Part shown: positions 29,182-39,065 of the stretch, piece by piece
Numbering within the stretch: the first letter of the stretch is position 1
How the letters are laid out: each line of letters begins with the position of its first letter
NCBI GenBank assembly: GCA_038040175.1
Contig: JBBPIT010000005.1
Coordinates: 44,555 to 108,554, forward strand
Source: Pseudomonadota bacterium
GTDB taxonomy: Bacteria > Pseudomonadota > Gammaproteobacteria > Burkholderiales > JACQAP01
Direction of reading: 5' to 3'
DNA: 64,000 nt
Notes under the pieces: generated by a model
Seen by the model: only the letters and a program-made list of their open reading frames with translations
The model's database searches: none
Told to the model about the DNA's origin: nothing
Made by a program: the position numbers and the translations under genes

Positions 29182-29241
29182 GGGCACATGCCGCATGTAT
29201 AATCGCCTCTTTTACACAGTACCAACTTCCCCCGATACTTG

Positions 29242-30600
29242 ATGATTCGGAAACTGCTTCGCCGGGTGTTCTCCGGCCGGTCATCACACTCCGCAGAACC
29301 GCAGGTCGTCCCGCGCAGCAAACACGGCGTTTCCCGGGACGGTATCAGTTCCAGCGCACGCCGGGTCATCAGCACTTTGCAGGAAAAGGGCTTCGCCGCC
29401 TACGTCGTCGGCGGCGCGGTGCGCGACCTGCTGCTCGGGCTCAAGCCCAAGGATTTCGACGTCGCCACCAGCGCCACGCCCGAGCAGTTACGCAGCGCAT
29501 TCCGGCGCTCGCGCATCATCGGCCGGCGTTTCCGGCTGGTGCACGTCATGTTCGGCAATGACACGGTGGAAGTTTCCACCTTCCGCGCCAGGCAGGGCAA
29601 CGACCCGGACGAACAGGTGTCGGACGAACACGGGCGCATCCTGCGCGACAATGTGTTCGGCACCCAGGAGGAGGATGCCACGCGCCGCGACTTCACCATC
29701 AACGCGCTGTTCTACGATCCGACCAGTGAAGAGATTCACGACTTCTGCGGCGGCCTGGACGACCTCAAGGCCCGGCGGCTGCGGATGATCGGCGATCCGG
29801 AACAGCGCTACCGCGAGGACCCGGTGCGCATGCTGCGCGCGGTGCGGCTTGCCGCCAAGCTCGGCCTGAAGATCGAAGCCAAGACCCGCGAGCCGATCAA
29901 GAAACTGGCGCCCTTGCTCGCCAACGTGCCCTCCTCGAGGCTGTTCGAGGAAATGATGAAGCTGCTGTTCTCCGGCCATGCCACGGCCTGTCTTCTGCAG
30001 CTTCGCCACGAGGGCCTGCATCACGGCCTGCTGCCGATGCTCGACGTGATCCTCGATCAACCGATGGGCGAGCGCTTCGTGATGCTAGCGCTGCAGCGGA
30101 CCGACGAGCGCATCCGCGACGACAAGTCGGTGTCCCCTGGCTTCCTGTTCGCGGCGCTCTTGTGGCACGAAGTGCTGGCGGCGTGGAAGCTGGCGCAGGA
30201 GGAGGGCCTGAATCCGATGCCGGCGTTGTTCAAGGCGATGGATCACGTGATCCACGTGCAGGCGGAGAAACTCTCGATCCCGCGCCGCTTCGGAACCGAC
30301 ATGAAGGAGATCTGGGCCTTGCAGCCGCGCTTCCTTGGCCGTTCCGGCCGGCGACCCTACAGCGTGCTCGCCCACCCGCTCTTTCGCGCGGGCTATGATT
30401 TTCTTGTGCTCCGCTGTGATAGCGGCGAAGTGGACGCCGAAGTCGCCGAATGGTGGGGAAACTTCCAGAATGCCGACGAAGAAACGCGTAAGCAGATGCT
30501 GCTCCCTGACCGCACTCCGCGCCGGCGGCGGCGGCGTCGCAAGCCCGGCGGCGACAATCCTCCGGACAGCAATGCTGTTCCCGTGCCGGCGGAATCCTGA
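29242..30600 (+). CDS. pcnB: Poly(A) polymerase I
   Basis: VGGAVRDLLLG..PKDFDVAT, IIGRRF.LVHV, RRDFTINAL, EDPVRMLRA, Arg-rich tail. Confidence 0.96.
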   Translation: MIRKLLRRVFSGRSSHSAEPQVVPRSKHGVSRDGISSSARRVISTLQEKGFAAYVVGGAVRDLLLGLKPKDFDVATSATPEQLRSAFRRSRIIGRRFRLVHVMFGNDTVEVSTFRARQGNDPDEQVSDEHGRILRDNVFGTQEEDATRRDFTINALFYDPTSEEIHDFCGGLDDLKARRLRMIGDPEQRYREDPVRMLRAVRLAAKLGLKIEAKTREPIKKLAPLLANVPSSRLFEEMMKLLFSGHATACLLQLRHEGLHHGLLPMLDVILDQPMGERFVMLALQRTDERIRDDKSVSPGFLFAALLWHEVLAAWKLAQEEGLNPMPALFKAMDHVIHVQAEKLSIPRRFGTDMKEIWALQPRFLGRSGRRPYSVLAHPLFRAGYDFLVLRCDSGEVDAEVAEWWGNFQNADEETRKQMLLPDRTPRRRRRRRKPGGDNPPDSNAVPVPAES

Positions 30601-31103
30601 TGCCCGGAAACGAACCGGCGGCGATTGCTTTTATCGGCCTGGGCAGCAATCTCGCCGATCCCCTGGTACAGGTAAGGCGGGCGCTCATGGAACTGGAATC
30701 GATCCCCGGCACCCGGGTAACCGCGCGCTCCTCTTTGTATCGCACGTTCCCGGTCGGTTATCTGGAACAACCCGATTTCATCAACGCCGTCGCGTCGGTG
30801 CAAACCACGCTCAAGCCGCAGGCGCTGCTTGCCGCGCTTCTTGCCATCGAGAATCGCCACGGGCGCAGGCGCGCGATGCGCAATGCGCCGCGCACGCTCG
30901 ACCTCGACCTGCTGCTTTATGGAGAAGAGGTCCTCGACCAGGACGCCCTGACGCTGCCGCACCCGCGGCTGCACGAACGCGCTTTCGTGCTGGCGCCGCT
31001 TGCCGAAATCGCCCCCGAGGCCATGGTTCCGGGGCGGGGGCGGGTTGGGGATCTGCTGGCGCGGGTGAATTGCAACGGAGTGAGCAGAATCGATGCTGCC
31101 TGA
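30600..31103 (+). CDS. folK: 2-amino-4-hydroxy-6-hydroxymethyldihydropteridine diphosphokinase
   Basis: IGLGSNL, QPDFINAV, PRTLDLDLL, LPHPRLHERAFVL. Confidence 0.96.
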   Translation: MPGNEPAAIAFIGLGSNLADPLVQVRRALMELESIPGTRVTARSSLYRTFPVGYLEQPDFINAVASVQTTLKPQALLAALLAIENRHGRRRAMRNAPRTLDLDLLLYGEEVLDQDALTLPHPRLHERAFVLAPLAEIAPEAMVPGRGRVGDLLARVNCNGVSRIDAA

Positions 31104-31464
31104 GAAATACCGCTGCATCACGCTCTCCGACGACGAATTGCATCTCTACCAGCAGATTTACGGCCACCTGACGCCGCAGGCGCCCACGCCGGACCTGGTG
31201 ATCTACCTGCAGGCAGCGCCTGGGAAACTGTTCGCGCGGGTGCGCAAGCGCGCGGTCGCCTACGAACGCAACATCTCGGAGCAATATCTCAGCCGGCTTG
31301 CCGACGCCTACCGCCGCTTCTTCTACCAGTTCTCCGCCGCACCGTTGCTGATCGTCAACAGCGACCATCTGAATTTTGTTGATGGCCCCAACGATTTTGA
31401 TTTATTGTTGCGCCGCATCACCGAAATGCGCGGACCCCGCGAGTTCTTCAGCCGCGGCGAATAG
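31093..31464 (+). pseudogene. Deoxynucleoside kinase lacking the P-loop region (in-frame internal deletion)
   Basis: MLPEKYRCI joined to TLSDDELHLYQQIY...PDLVIYLQA. No EGPIG.GKT Walker A. 123 aa versus about 210 typical. Syntenic between folK and panB. Confidence 0.78.
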
Positions 31465-31491
31465 TACCTCACCTGTGGTTTAGGGCTTTTT

Positions 31492-32283
31492 ATGAGAGTT
31501 ACGACGAGCGTTTTGCAAAAGATGCGGCAGGAGGGCGACCGCATCACCATGTTGACCTGTACCGATGCGAGCTTTGCCGCGCTGCTGGATGCCGCGGGCG
31601 TGGATACGTTTCTGGTCGGGGATTCGCTGGGGATGACGATCCAGGGTCACGACTCGACCTTGCCCGTGACCATGGACGACATGGTTTATCACACGCGCAT
31701 CGTGGCGCGCGGCGCCAACCGCGCGCTGGTGATCGGGGATATGCCCTTCGGCAGTTACCAGCAGAGCCCGCAAAAGGCATTCGAGAATGCCGCACGGCTG
31801 ATGAGCGCCGGCGCACAGATGGTAAAGCTCGAGGGCGGCGAGGTCATGGCGGAAACCGTCGCGTTCCTGAGCGCGCGCGGTATACCCGTTTGCGGCCACA
31901 TCGGATTGACGCCGCAATCGGTGCACGCGATCGGCGGCTACAAGGTGCAGGGCAAAACCGATGATTCCGCGCAACAACTGATCCATGCCGGCAAGGCGTT
32001 GCAGGATGCGGGAGCAAGCCTGATGGTAGTGGAACTGGTGCCTGCAGGCGTTGGCAAGGCGCTGACCGAAGCCCTGGCGATTCCGGTGATGGGTATCGGA
32101 GCGGGGTCGCACTGCTCCGGGCAGATCCTCAATCTCTACGACATGCTCGACATCTATCCCGGCAAGAAGCCGCGTTTCGTGAAGAATTTCATGGACGGCT
32201 CGGCTTCGATCCGGGCGGCGATCGAGCGCTTCGTAGCCGAAGTGAAGGCCGGCACTTTTCCTGGCCCCGAGCATTGTTTTTAA
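31492..32283 (+). CDS. panB: 3-methyl-2-oxobutanoate hydroxymethyltransferase
   Basis: [32 protein letters not shown]. Confidence 0.96.
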   Translation: MRVTTSVLQKMRQEGDRITMLTCTDASFAALLDAAGVDTFLVGDSLGMTIQGHDSTLPVTMDDMVYHTRIVARGANRALVIGDMPFGSYQQSPQKAFENAARLMSAGAQMVKLEGGEVMAETVAFLSARGIPVCGHIGLTPQSVHAIGGYKVQGKTDDSAQQLIHAGKALQDAGASLMVVELVPAGVGKALTEALAIPVMGIGAGSHCSGQILNLYDMLDIYPGKKPRFVKNFMDGSASIRAAIERFVAEVKAGTFPGPEHCF

Positions 32284-32291
32284 GAAACTGG

Positions 32292-32482
32292 CCACAGAGG
32301 ACACAGAGGAAGCCGCCTCACCCCCGCCCTCTCCAGCAAGCTGGAGAGGGCGGGGGTGAGGCGGCTTTGACCGTTTTTTCTCACCCTCTCCGCATCTTGA
32401 CCTTTCCTCCCTCTCCACTTGTGGAGAGGGGCGGGGTGAGGGCAGGGGGAGAGGGACGGGGTGAGGTGGGTGTCCTCTGTGG
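32292..32482. repeat. Nested REP-like palindromic element
   Basis: Outer 13-bp inverted repeat (CCACAGAGGACAC / GTGTCCTCTGTGG). It encloses a perfect 28-bp-arm hairpin (32310-32367) and a 72-bp CCCTCTCC-rich unit (32384-32455). Confidence 0.88.
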
Positions 32483-32494
32483 TGAAAGGTTTTC

Positions 32495-33328
32495 ATGGAC
32501 GTTATTAAGACAGTAAACGAACTGCGCGAGCGGCTGAAACGCGAATCGCGGGTTGCCTGCGTGCCGACCATGGGCAGCATTCACGATGGCCATTTGAGCC
32601 TGGTCAGGATCGCCCGCGAGCACGCACCGGTCACGGTCACCACGATTTTCGTCAACCGCCTGCAGTTCGGGCAGGGCGAGGACTTCGACAAGTACCCACG
32701 TACCTTCGAGGAAGACTGCGCCAAACTGGAAGCCGAGGGCAACACCATCGTCTTCGCCCCGGATGAAAAGCAGATGTATCCCGAACCGCAGGTCTTCTAC
32801 GTCGATCTGCCCAAGATCGCCAGCAAACTCGAGGGCCGCTTCCGTCCGGGCCACTTCCGCGGCATGGCCACCGTAGTGTTAAAGCTGTTCAATTCAGTAC
32901 AGCCCCAGATCGCCGTATTCGGCAAGAAGGACTATCAGCAATTGGCTATCGTGCGGCACATGGTCAAACAGTTTGCTCTGCCGATCACCATCATTCCGGC
33001 GGAGACGGTGCGCGCCGAGGACGGGCTGGCGCTGTCGTCGCGCAACCGTTTCCTGTCCCCCGCGGAAAGGAAGGAAGCGATACGCCTGCGCCAGGCCATC
33101 ATGCAGGTCAAGGACGCGGTGGAAAGCGGCGACCGCAACTTCATAGCGATGGAGTATGCGGCCGGCGAGCTGCTCGCGCGCCATGACTGGAAGGTCGACT
33201 ATGTCGTCGTACGTACCCGGCGCGCGCTGCTCCGCCCTGATCCGCAGGACAAGGAACTGGTGGTGCTCGGTGCCGCGAAGCTCGGCACCACACGGCTGAT
33301 CGACAATCAGGAAATCCTTGCGCCGTAA
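32495..33328 (+). CDS. panC: Pantoate--beta-alanine ligase
   Basis: VPTMG.IHDGH, FVNRLQF, RPGHFRG, FGKKDYQQ, GLALSSRN, RLIDN. Confidence 0.96.
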   Translation: MDVIKTVNELRERLKRESRVACVPTMGSIHDGHLSLVRIAREHAPVTVTTIFVNRLQFGQGEDFDKYPRTFEEDCAKLEAEGNTIVFAPDEKQMYPEPQVFYVDLPKIASKLEGRFRPGHFRGMATVVLKLFNSVQPQIAVFGKKDYQQLAIVRHMVKQFALPITIIPAETVRAEDGLALSSRNRFLSPAERKEAIRLRQAIMQVKDAVESGDRNFIAMEYAAGELLARHDWKVDYVVVRTRRALLRPDPQDKELVVLGAAKLGTTRLIDNQEILAP

Positions 33329-33414
33329 AAGCGGTGACGACGTGACGATCGTGACGGTCGTGACAAAAAAAATGCTGTTGGCTAGCGCCTAGATTCTCGC
33401 GCCCGCTATCTCTC

Positions 33415-34344
33415 ATGGCTATTCTCTTTTACAGCGAGGCAGAGTCGGCGGAGCCGTGGCGCGAGGCCTTTGCGCGCGAACTGCCGCGGATTCCGTTTCG
33501 TGTCTGGCCGGATTCGGGTCCGTTGGAAAGCGTCCGGTACGCGCTGGTGTGGAAACCCCCTCGGGGGTTTCTCGCGCAGTTTCCGAACCTCAAGGCAATC
33601 CTCGCACTCGGTGCCGGTGTCGATCCGATTCCGACCGATCCTGCTCTGCCGAAAGGCGTGCCGCTGTTGCGGCTGGTGGACGTGGGCTTCCCCGCGCAGA
33701 TGGCGGAATACGCGATCTACGCCGTGTTGCGCTTTCAGCGCCGCATGGGCGAAATCGAGGCCCTGCAGCGACAGGCCCGATGGAACCAGCTCGACCCCTT
33801 CTTCATCCGCGACTTTCCGGTCGGCGTGATGGGGCTGGGCGTCATCGGCGCGGTCGTGGCGCAGCGGCTCGCGGCAGCCGGCTACGCCGTCGCGGGATGG
33901 GCAAGGAGCCCCAAACAAATAGATGGCGTCGAGGTGTTTACGGGAAGCGAGACTTTCAAGAAGTTTCTCTCCCGCTCCCGCGTCGTAGTCAACGCGCTAG
34001 CGCTGACGCCGCAGACGGAGAACATCTTCGACGCTGCGGCCTTCGCCGCGATGCCCAGGGGAGGGTACGTCGTAAACATCGGTCGTGGCGCACATGTGGT
34101 CGACCGGGACCTGATCGCCGCTCTCGATGGCGGGCAACTGGATGGCGCAATGCTGGATGTGTTCCGCGAGGAGCCCTTGCCTTCTTCGCACCCGTTCTGG
34201 CGCCACCCCAAGATCGTCGTCACGCCGCATGTCGCGGCGCCAACCATCGCCTCCGAAGTCCAGGCGCAGGTGATCGAGAACATCAGGCGCCTGGAGCGTG
34301 GCGACCCGCCGATCGGTTTGGTCGATATCGCTCGCGGCTACTAG
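33415..34344 (+). CDS. Glyoxylate/hydroxypyruvate reductase A-like 2-hydroxyacid dehydrogenase
   Basis: GAGVD, GLGVIG, NIGRG, LDVFREEPL, TPHVAA. Confidence 0.9.
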   Translation: MAILFYSEAESAEPWREAFARELPRIPFRVWPDSGPLESVRYALVWKPPRGFLAQFPNLKAILALGAGVDPIPTDPALPKGVPLLRLVDVGFPAQMAEYAIYAVLRFQRRMGEIEALQRQARWNQLDPFFIRDFPVGVMGLGVIGAVVAQRLAAAGYAVAGWARSPKQIDGVEVFTGSETFKKFLSRSRVVVNALALTPQTENIFDAAAFAAMPRGGYVVNIGRGAHVVDRDLIAALDGGQLDGAMLDVFREEPLPSSHPFWRHPKIVVTPHVAAPTIASEVQAQVIENIRRLERGDPPIGLVDIARGY

Positions 34345-34490
34345 CCTCACCCCGGCGCGCGGACACGTTAGCGACGGAGTCGCCCGTTTGCGGGTAGCGC
34401 GCCTAAGCACTGCCTCCCGCCCCGGATCGCTTGGCGAACGCCGTGTCGGCAGTGCCCCTCTCCACGCACATGGCGCGTAGAGAGGGAGCC

Positions 34491-34520
34491 AAAAAAAAGG
34501 GCGACCAGTCGGTCGCCCTT
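34491..34520 (-). terminator. Intrinsic terminator
   Basis: AAGGGCGACC-(AGTC)-GGTCGCCCTT with an upstream A run, read as a U tail on the minus strand. Confidence 0.8.
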
Positions 34521-34530
34521 GCTTTCTGTT

Positions 34531-34602
34531 CCCTCTCCGCATCTTGACCTTTCCCCCCTCTCCACTTGTGGAGAGGGGCGGGGTGAGGCCAGGGGGAGAG
34601 GG
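34531..34602. repeat. Second copy of the 72-bp REP-like unit
   Basis: 70 of 72 bases identical to 32384-32455. Confidence 0.9.
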
Positions 34603-36252
34603 TTAGGGAGACGTGGCAGTCGGCAGCTTGTAATCCTTGAAGTCGTCGCGCAGCTTGGTCTTGAGCAGCTTGCCGGTGGCGGTGTGCGGCAACTGGTCCA
34701 CGAACACGACGTCATCAGGGATCCACCATTTCGCCACCTTGCCCTCGAAGAATTTGATCAGTTCCTCGCGGGTCACCTGCGCGTCCTTCTTCTTCACCAC
34801 GATCAGCAGCGGCCGCTCGTCCCACTTCGGATGGCGTATCCCGACCACCGCCGCTTCCGCGACCGCGGGGTGCGCGACCGCGGCGTTCTCCAGATCGATC
34901 GAGCTGATCCACTCGCCGCCGGACTTGATCACGTCCTTGGAGCGGTCGGTGATCTGCATGTAACCGTCGGGGTCGATGGTGGCCACGTCTCCGGTGGGAA
35001 ACCATTCCTTGCCTTTCTCGTCCTTGCGCATCGGGTCGCCGCCCTCGCCCTTGAAGTACCCGTTGCTGATCCACGGGCCGCGCACCAGCAGATTGCCGAA
35101 AGCCTTGCCGTCCCATGGCAGCTCCTTGCCGGCGTCGTCCACGATCTTCAAATCCACCCCGAAAATGGTGCGGCCCTGCTTGCTCTGGATCGCCAGTTTG
35201 CTGTCCTTCGGCAGATCCAGATGCCGCGACTTGAAAGTACTGACGGTGCCGAGCGGGCTCATTTCGGTCATGCCCCAGGCGTGCAGCACCTGAACGCCGT
35301 AGTCTTCCTGGAACGACCGGATCATCGCGGGCGGGCAGGCCGAGCCGCCGATCACGGTCCGGTTCATGGTGCTGAACTTGAGCTTGTTCTGGCCCATGTG
35401 CTGCAGCAGCGCGAGCCATACCGTGGGCACGCCGGCCGAAACAGTGACCCGCTCCGTCTCGAACAGCTCGAAGAGGCTCTTGCCATCGAGCTGGTAACCG
35501 GGCAGCACCATCTTGGTTCCGGCCAGCGCGCAACTGTAGGGCAGGGCCCAGGCGTTGGCATGAAACATGGGCACCACCGGCAGCATCACGTCACGCGACG
35601 AGACGTTGAGCGCATCGGGCAGCGCCGCCGCATAGGCATGGATCACCGTGGAACGGTGCGAGTACAGCACGCCCTTCGGATTGCCGGTCGTGCCCGAGGT
35701 GTAGCACAGCGAAGATGCGGTGCGCTCGTCCAGTTCCGGCCACTCGTAATCGTCCGGCTGCGCATTCACCAGGTCTTCGTAGCACAGCAGATTGGGGATG
35801 CCGGTCTGCGGCATGTGGGCGCGGTCGGTCATGACGATCCAGCCCTTCACGCTCTTGCACATCGGCGCGAGCTTCTCGATCAAAGGCACGAAAGTCAGGT
35901 CGAACAGCACATGGCTGTCTTCGGCATGGTTGACGATGTAGGTGATCTGCTCGGGAAACAGGCGCGGATTGATGGTGTGCATCACCGCACCCATGCCGGA
36001 AATTCCGTAGAAGGCCTCCAGGTGCCGGTAGCCGTTCCAGGCCAGCGTGCCGACGCGGTCGCCTTTTTTTACCCCGAGCGCACCGAGGGCGTTGGCAAGT
36101 TTGCGCGCCCGGCGATGCGCCTCGCGATAATTGTAGCGGTGTATCCCGCCTTCCACCAATCGCGACACGATTTCGGTGTCGCCGTGGTGGCGGTCCGCGT
36201 GCCCGATCAGAGAAGAAATCAGCAGCGGAACATCCATCATCAGGCCTTGCAT
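34603..36252 (-). CDS. Fatty acyl-CoA ligase, 3-(methylthio)propionyl-CoA ligase (DmdB)-like
   Basis: [42 protein letters not shown]. Start at MQGLMMD. Confidence 0.9.
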   Translation of the reverse strand: MQGLMMDVPLLISSLIGHADRHHGDTEIVSRLVEGGIHRYNYREAHRRARKLANALGALGVKKGDRVGTLAWNGYRHLEAFYGISGMGAVMHTINPRLFPEQITYIVNHAEDSHVLFDLTFVPLIEKLAPMCKSVKGWIVMTDRAHMPQTGIPNLLCYEDLVNAQPDDYEWPELDERTASSLCYTSGTTGNPKGVLYSHRSTVIHAYAAALPDALNVSSRDVMLPVVPMFHANAWALPYSCALAGTKMVLPGYQLDGKSLFELFETERVTVSAGVPTVWLALLQHMGQNKLKFSTMNRTVIGGSACPPAMIRSFQEDYGVQVLHAWGMTEMSPLGTVSTFKSRHLDLPKDSKLAIQSKQGRTIFGVDLKIVDDAGKELPWDGKAFGNLLVRGPWISNGYFKGEGGDPMRKDEKGKEWFPTGDVATIDPDGYMQITDRSKDVIKSGGEWISSIDLENAAVAHPAVAEAAVVGIRHPKWDERPLLIVVKKKDAQVTREELIKFFEGKVAKWWIPDDVVFVDQLPHTATGKLLKTKLRDDFKDYKLPTATSP

Positions 36253-36630
36253 GGCGGGCTCCTCTCGTAGATGCATTCTTGTGTCGGGATTCTAGCAGCT
36301 TGCGCCCGGCGCTCAGTACCGCAGCCGTTGCCGTGGCCGAACCCTCGTTGCGGTGCAAAAACGGCGTCGCCAAGCCGTTTGCCGGGGTTTCGCTCGGTTT
36401 ACAAAGGCGCGGCTTTCCGACTAGAATCGGCACGCTGCAACGAAGCAGATGGCAGCCATGGCTGCACTCGACCCGGTCGGCGAGCAGCTTGCGTGCACGT
36501 CGCATATGCAGATAACTAAATCAGATGACGCCCACGACCGTGTCCATTCCGCAAACGTTTCCATTCGAAGTTGCCGGCGGCTCTTTGCGGGGCGGTCCGA
36601 TCTTGCGCGTCGATTAAGGGAGACCGAGCC

Positions 36631-37881
36631 ATGAAACCCAAGCACGCGCTGACCCTGTTCATGTGGATGGTGATGTCGTCGTTGGCGGCTACGGCACCGG
36701 CGCAGGACACCATCAAGATCGCCTTCATCGAAGGCCTCAGCGGCCCCTTCGCGAATGTCGGCGCGATCGGGCTGCGCCACTACCAGATTGCGACGGAAGC
36801 CGTGAATGCGCGCGGCGGCGTGCTCGGCGGCATGAAGTTCGAGATCGTGCCTTTCGACAGCAAGACCAATCCGCAGGAAGCGCTGCTGGTTCTCAGGCAG
36901 GCAATCGACCAGGGCATCCGCTACATCGCACAGGGCAACGGCTCCAGCGTCGCGCTGGCTTTGGCGGACGGGGTGGGCAAACATAATGCCCGCAATCCGG
37001 AGAAGAGCGTGGTGTTTCTGAATTACGCCGCGGTGGATCCGGCGCTGACCAACGACAAGTGCACTTTCTGGCATTTCCGTTTCGATGCCGATGTCGACAT
37101 GAAGATGCAGGCGCTGACGAACTACATGGCCACGCAGAAGGGCATCAAGAAGGTGTATTTGATCAACCAGGACTATTCGTTCGGCCAGGCGTTGGCGAAG
37201 GCCGCCCGAGCGATGCTCACCGCTAAGCGGCCGGATGTCGAGATCGTCGGCGACGACCTGCATCCGCTCGGCAAGGTGAAGGACTTCTCGCCTTACGTTG
37301 CCAAAATCAAGGCCACCGGTGCCGACAGCGTGATTACCGGCAACTGGGGCAACGATCTTGCCCTGTTGGTGAAGGCAGGCAAGGACGCCGGGCTCAAGGT
37401 GGATTACTACACGTACTATGCGGGTGCCGCCAGCGTGATTACCGCCATCGGCGAAGCCGGTGCCGGTCACGTCAAGCAGGTCACCACCTGGCATGCCAAC
37501 ATCGGCGGCAAGGGCGCGACCGAGCATACGGTGGCCTACCGGGCGCGTTTCCCCGACGTCAGGGACGACCTGTATTTCTCCTCCGTCCGGGTGTCGATCG
37601 ATGCGCTGGCCCGGGCGATGGAAAAGGCCAAAACCGCCGATCCGGCCAAAGTGGCGCTGGCGATGGAAGGCCTGACGCAAGAGGACGACTCCGGCGAAGT
37701 GACCATTCGCGCAGACAACCACCAGTTGATCCAGCCGCTGTACATATCCACGCTGGTTCGCGCCAACGGCAAGGATGTGAAATTCGATATCGAAAAGACG
37801 GGACTGGGCTTCCGTACCGATGCGCGCATCGAAGGCAAGGACACGGCGATGCCCACGACGTGCAAGTTGCAAAGACCGTGA
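36631..37881 (+). CDS. Branched-chain amino acid-type ABC substrate-binding protein
   Basis: Signal peptide; EGLSGPFA, QGNGS, FWHFRFDA, DFSPYVAKIK, TGNWGND. Confidence 0.9.
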   Translation: MKPKHALTLFMWMVMSSLAATAPAQDTIKIAFIEGLSGPFANVGAIGLRHYQIATEAVNARGGVLGGMKFEIVPFDSKTNPQEALLVLRQAIDQGIRYIAQGNGSSVALALADGVGKHNARNPEKSVVFLNYAAVDPALTNDKCTFWHFRFDADVDMKMQALTNYMATQKGIKKVYLINQDYSFGQALAKAARAMLTAKRPDVEIVGDDLHPLGKVKDFSPYVAKIKATGADSVITGNWGNDLALLVKAGKDAGLKVDYYTYYAGAASVITAIGEAGAGHVKQVTTWHANIGGKGATEHTVAYRARFPDVRDDLYFSSVRVSIDALARAMEKAKTADPAKVALAMEGLTQEDDSGEVTIRADNHQLIQPLYISTLVRANGKDVKFDIEKTGLGFRTDARIEGKDTAMPTTCKLQRP

Positions 37882-37886
37882 AAAGA

Positions 37887-38065
37887 GAGGGGCGAGGGAC
37901 GAGGGGCGAGGGGCGAGGGGTAGAGCGCGCAGCGCTATCTCTTCTTCTCGTTCGTGTATCTCGCGCGTCCTTGGCGCTCGAAGCGATTGAGTACGTACCG
38001 AAAACGATTCGTGCTCCGATCTTCGGCCTCGCCCCTCGCCCCTCGTCCCTCGTCCCTCGCCCCTC
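37887..38065. repeat. Inverted heptamer-repeat element
   Basis: (GAGGGRC)x5 at 37887-37920 and the complementary (GYCCCTC)x5 at 38031-38065, flanking about 110 bp. Confidence 0.85.
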
Positions 38066-38068
38066 ATA

Positions 38069-39016
38069 ATGGAGTTTTTCCTCGTCACCCTGCTGAACAG
38101 CCTGTCCTACGGGCTGCTGCTGTTCATGCTGTCCTCGGGGCTGACGCTGATCTTCAGCATGATGGGCGTGCTCAATTTCGCGCACGCCAGCTTCTACATG
38201 CTCGGCGCTTACTTCGCCTATCAGACCGGGTTGCATGTCGGGTTCTGGCCGGCGCTGTTCCTTTCGCCTCTGCTGGTGGGCGCACTCGGCGCGCTCACCG
38301 AGCGTTATGGGCTGCGCACGGTGCACAAGTTCGGCCACGTTGCGGAACTGCTGTTCACCTTTGGGCTGGCTTACGTCATCGAGGAGATCGTGCACCTGAT
38401 CTGGGGGCGCGCGCCCGTTGATTACCGCATTCCCGCCGAACTCGATTTCACTCTGTTCACGCTGTTCACCACCCAGTACCCGGCCTACCGCGGCTTCATG
38501 ATGATGGTGTCGGTCGGCATGCTCGCGGCGCTGTACCTGGGGCTCACCCGTACCCGCATCGGCCTGGTGATTCAGGCATCGCTTACGCACCCGGACATGG
38601 TGGAAGCGCTCGGCCACAACGTGCCGCGGGTGTTCATGCTGGTGTTTGCCGGCGGCGCCGCGCTGGCGGGGCTGGCCGGCGTGATCGGCGGCAATGCCTT
38701 CATTACCGAACCGGGGATGGCGGTGGCGGTCGGCAGCATCGTATTCGTGGTGGTCGTGGTCGGCGGCATGGGCTCGCTCACCGGTGCTTTCGTCGCTTCC
38801 CTGATCATCGGCGCGCTGCAGACTTTCTCGGTTGCGCTCGACTACTCGATGCTGGTTTTGCTTGAGAAGATCGGCGTAAGCGTCTCGCCGGATTCATCCT
38901 GGCACGGCCTGTGGTCGATCACGATATCCCAGACGGCGCCGGTGATGCCTTACCTGTTGATGGTGCTGATGCTGATCGTGCGGCCGCGCGGCTTGATGGG
39001 CACGCGGGAATCGTGA
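38069..39016 (+). CDS. LivH-type ABC permease
   Basis: GLTLIFSMMGVLNFAH, TRIGL, FVVVVVGGMGSL. Confidence 0.92.
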   Translation: MEFFLVTLLNSLSYGLLLFMLSSGLTLIFSMMGVLNFAHASFYMLGAYFAYQTGLHVGFWPALFLSPLLVGALGALTERYGLRTVHKFGHVAELLFTFGLAYVIEEIVHLIWGRAPVDYRIPAELDFTLFTLFTTQYPAYRGFMMMVSVGMLAALYLGLTRTRIGLVIQASLTHPDMVEALGHNVPRVFMLVFAGGAALAGLAGVIGGNAFITEPGMAVAVGSIVFVVVVVGGMGSLTGAFVASLIIGALQTFSVALDYSMLVLLEKIGVSVSPDSSWHGLWSITISQTAPVMPYLLMVLMLIVRPRGLMGTRES

Positions 39017-39065
39017 TGAAGAGCCACAACTGCATGGCCACGCACTGCGCCACGGGGCAACCGGC

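Noticed and set aside
31549..31575. panB MLTCTDA instead of the usual T(A/C)YDA as a sign of inactivation
   Set aside because: A single substitution with the other recognisable PanB motifs intact; insufficient evidence.
33333..33365. Short GTGAC repeats after panC as a CRISPR or iteron array
   Set aside because: Units are only 8-9 bp with no spacers and no cas or rep gene.
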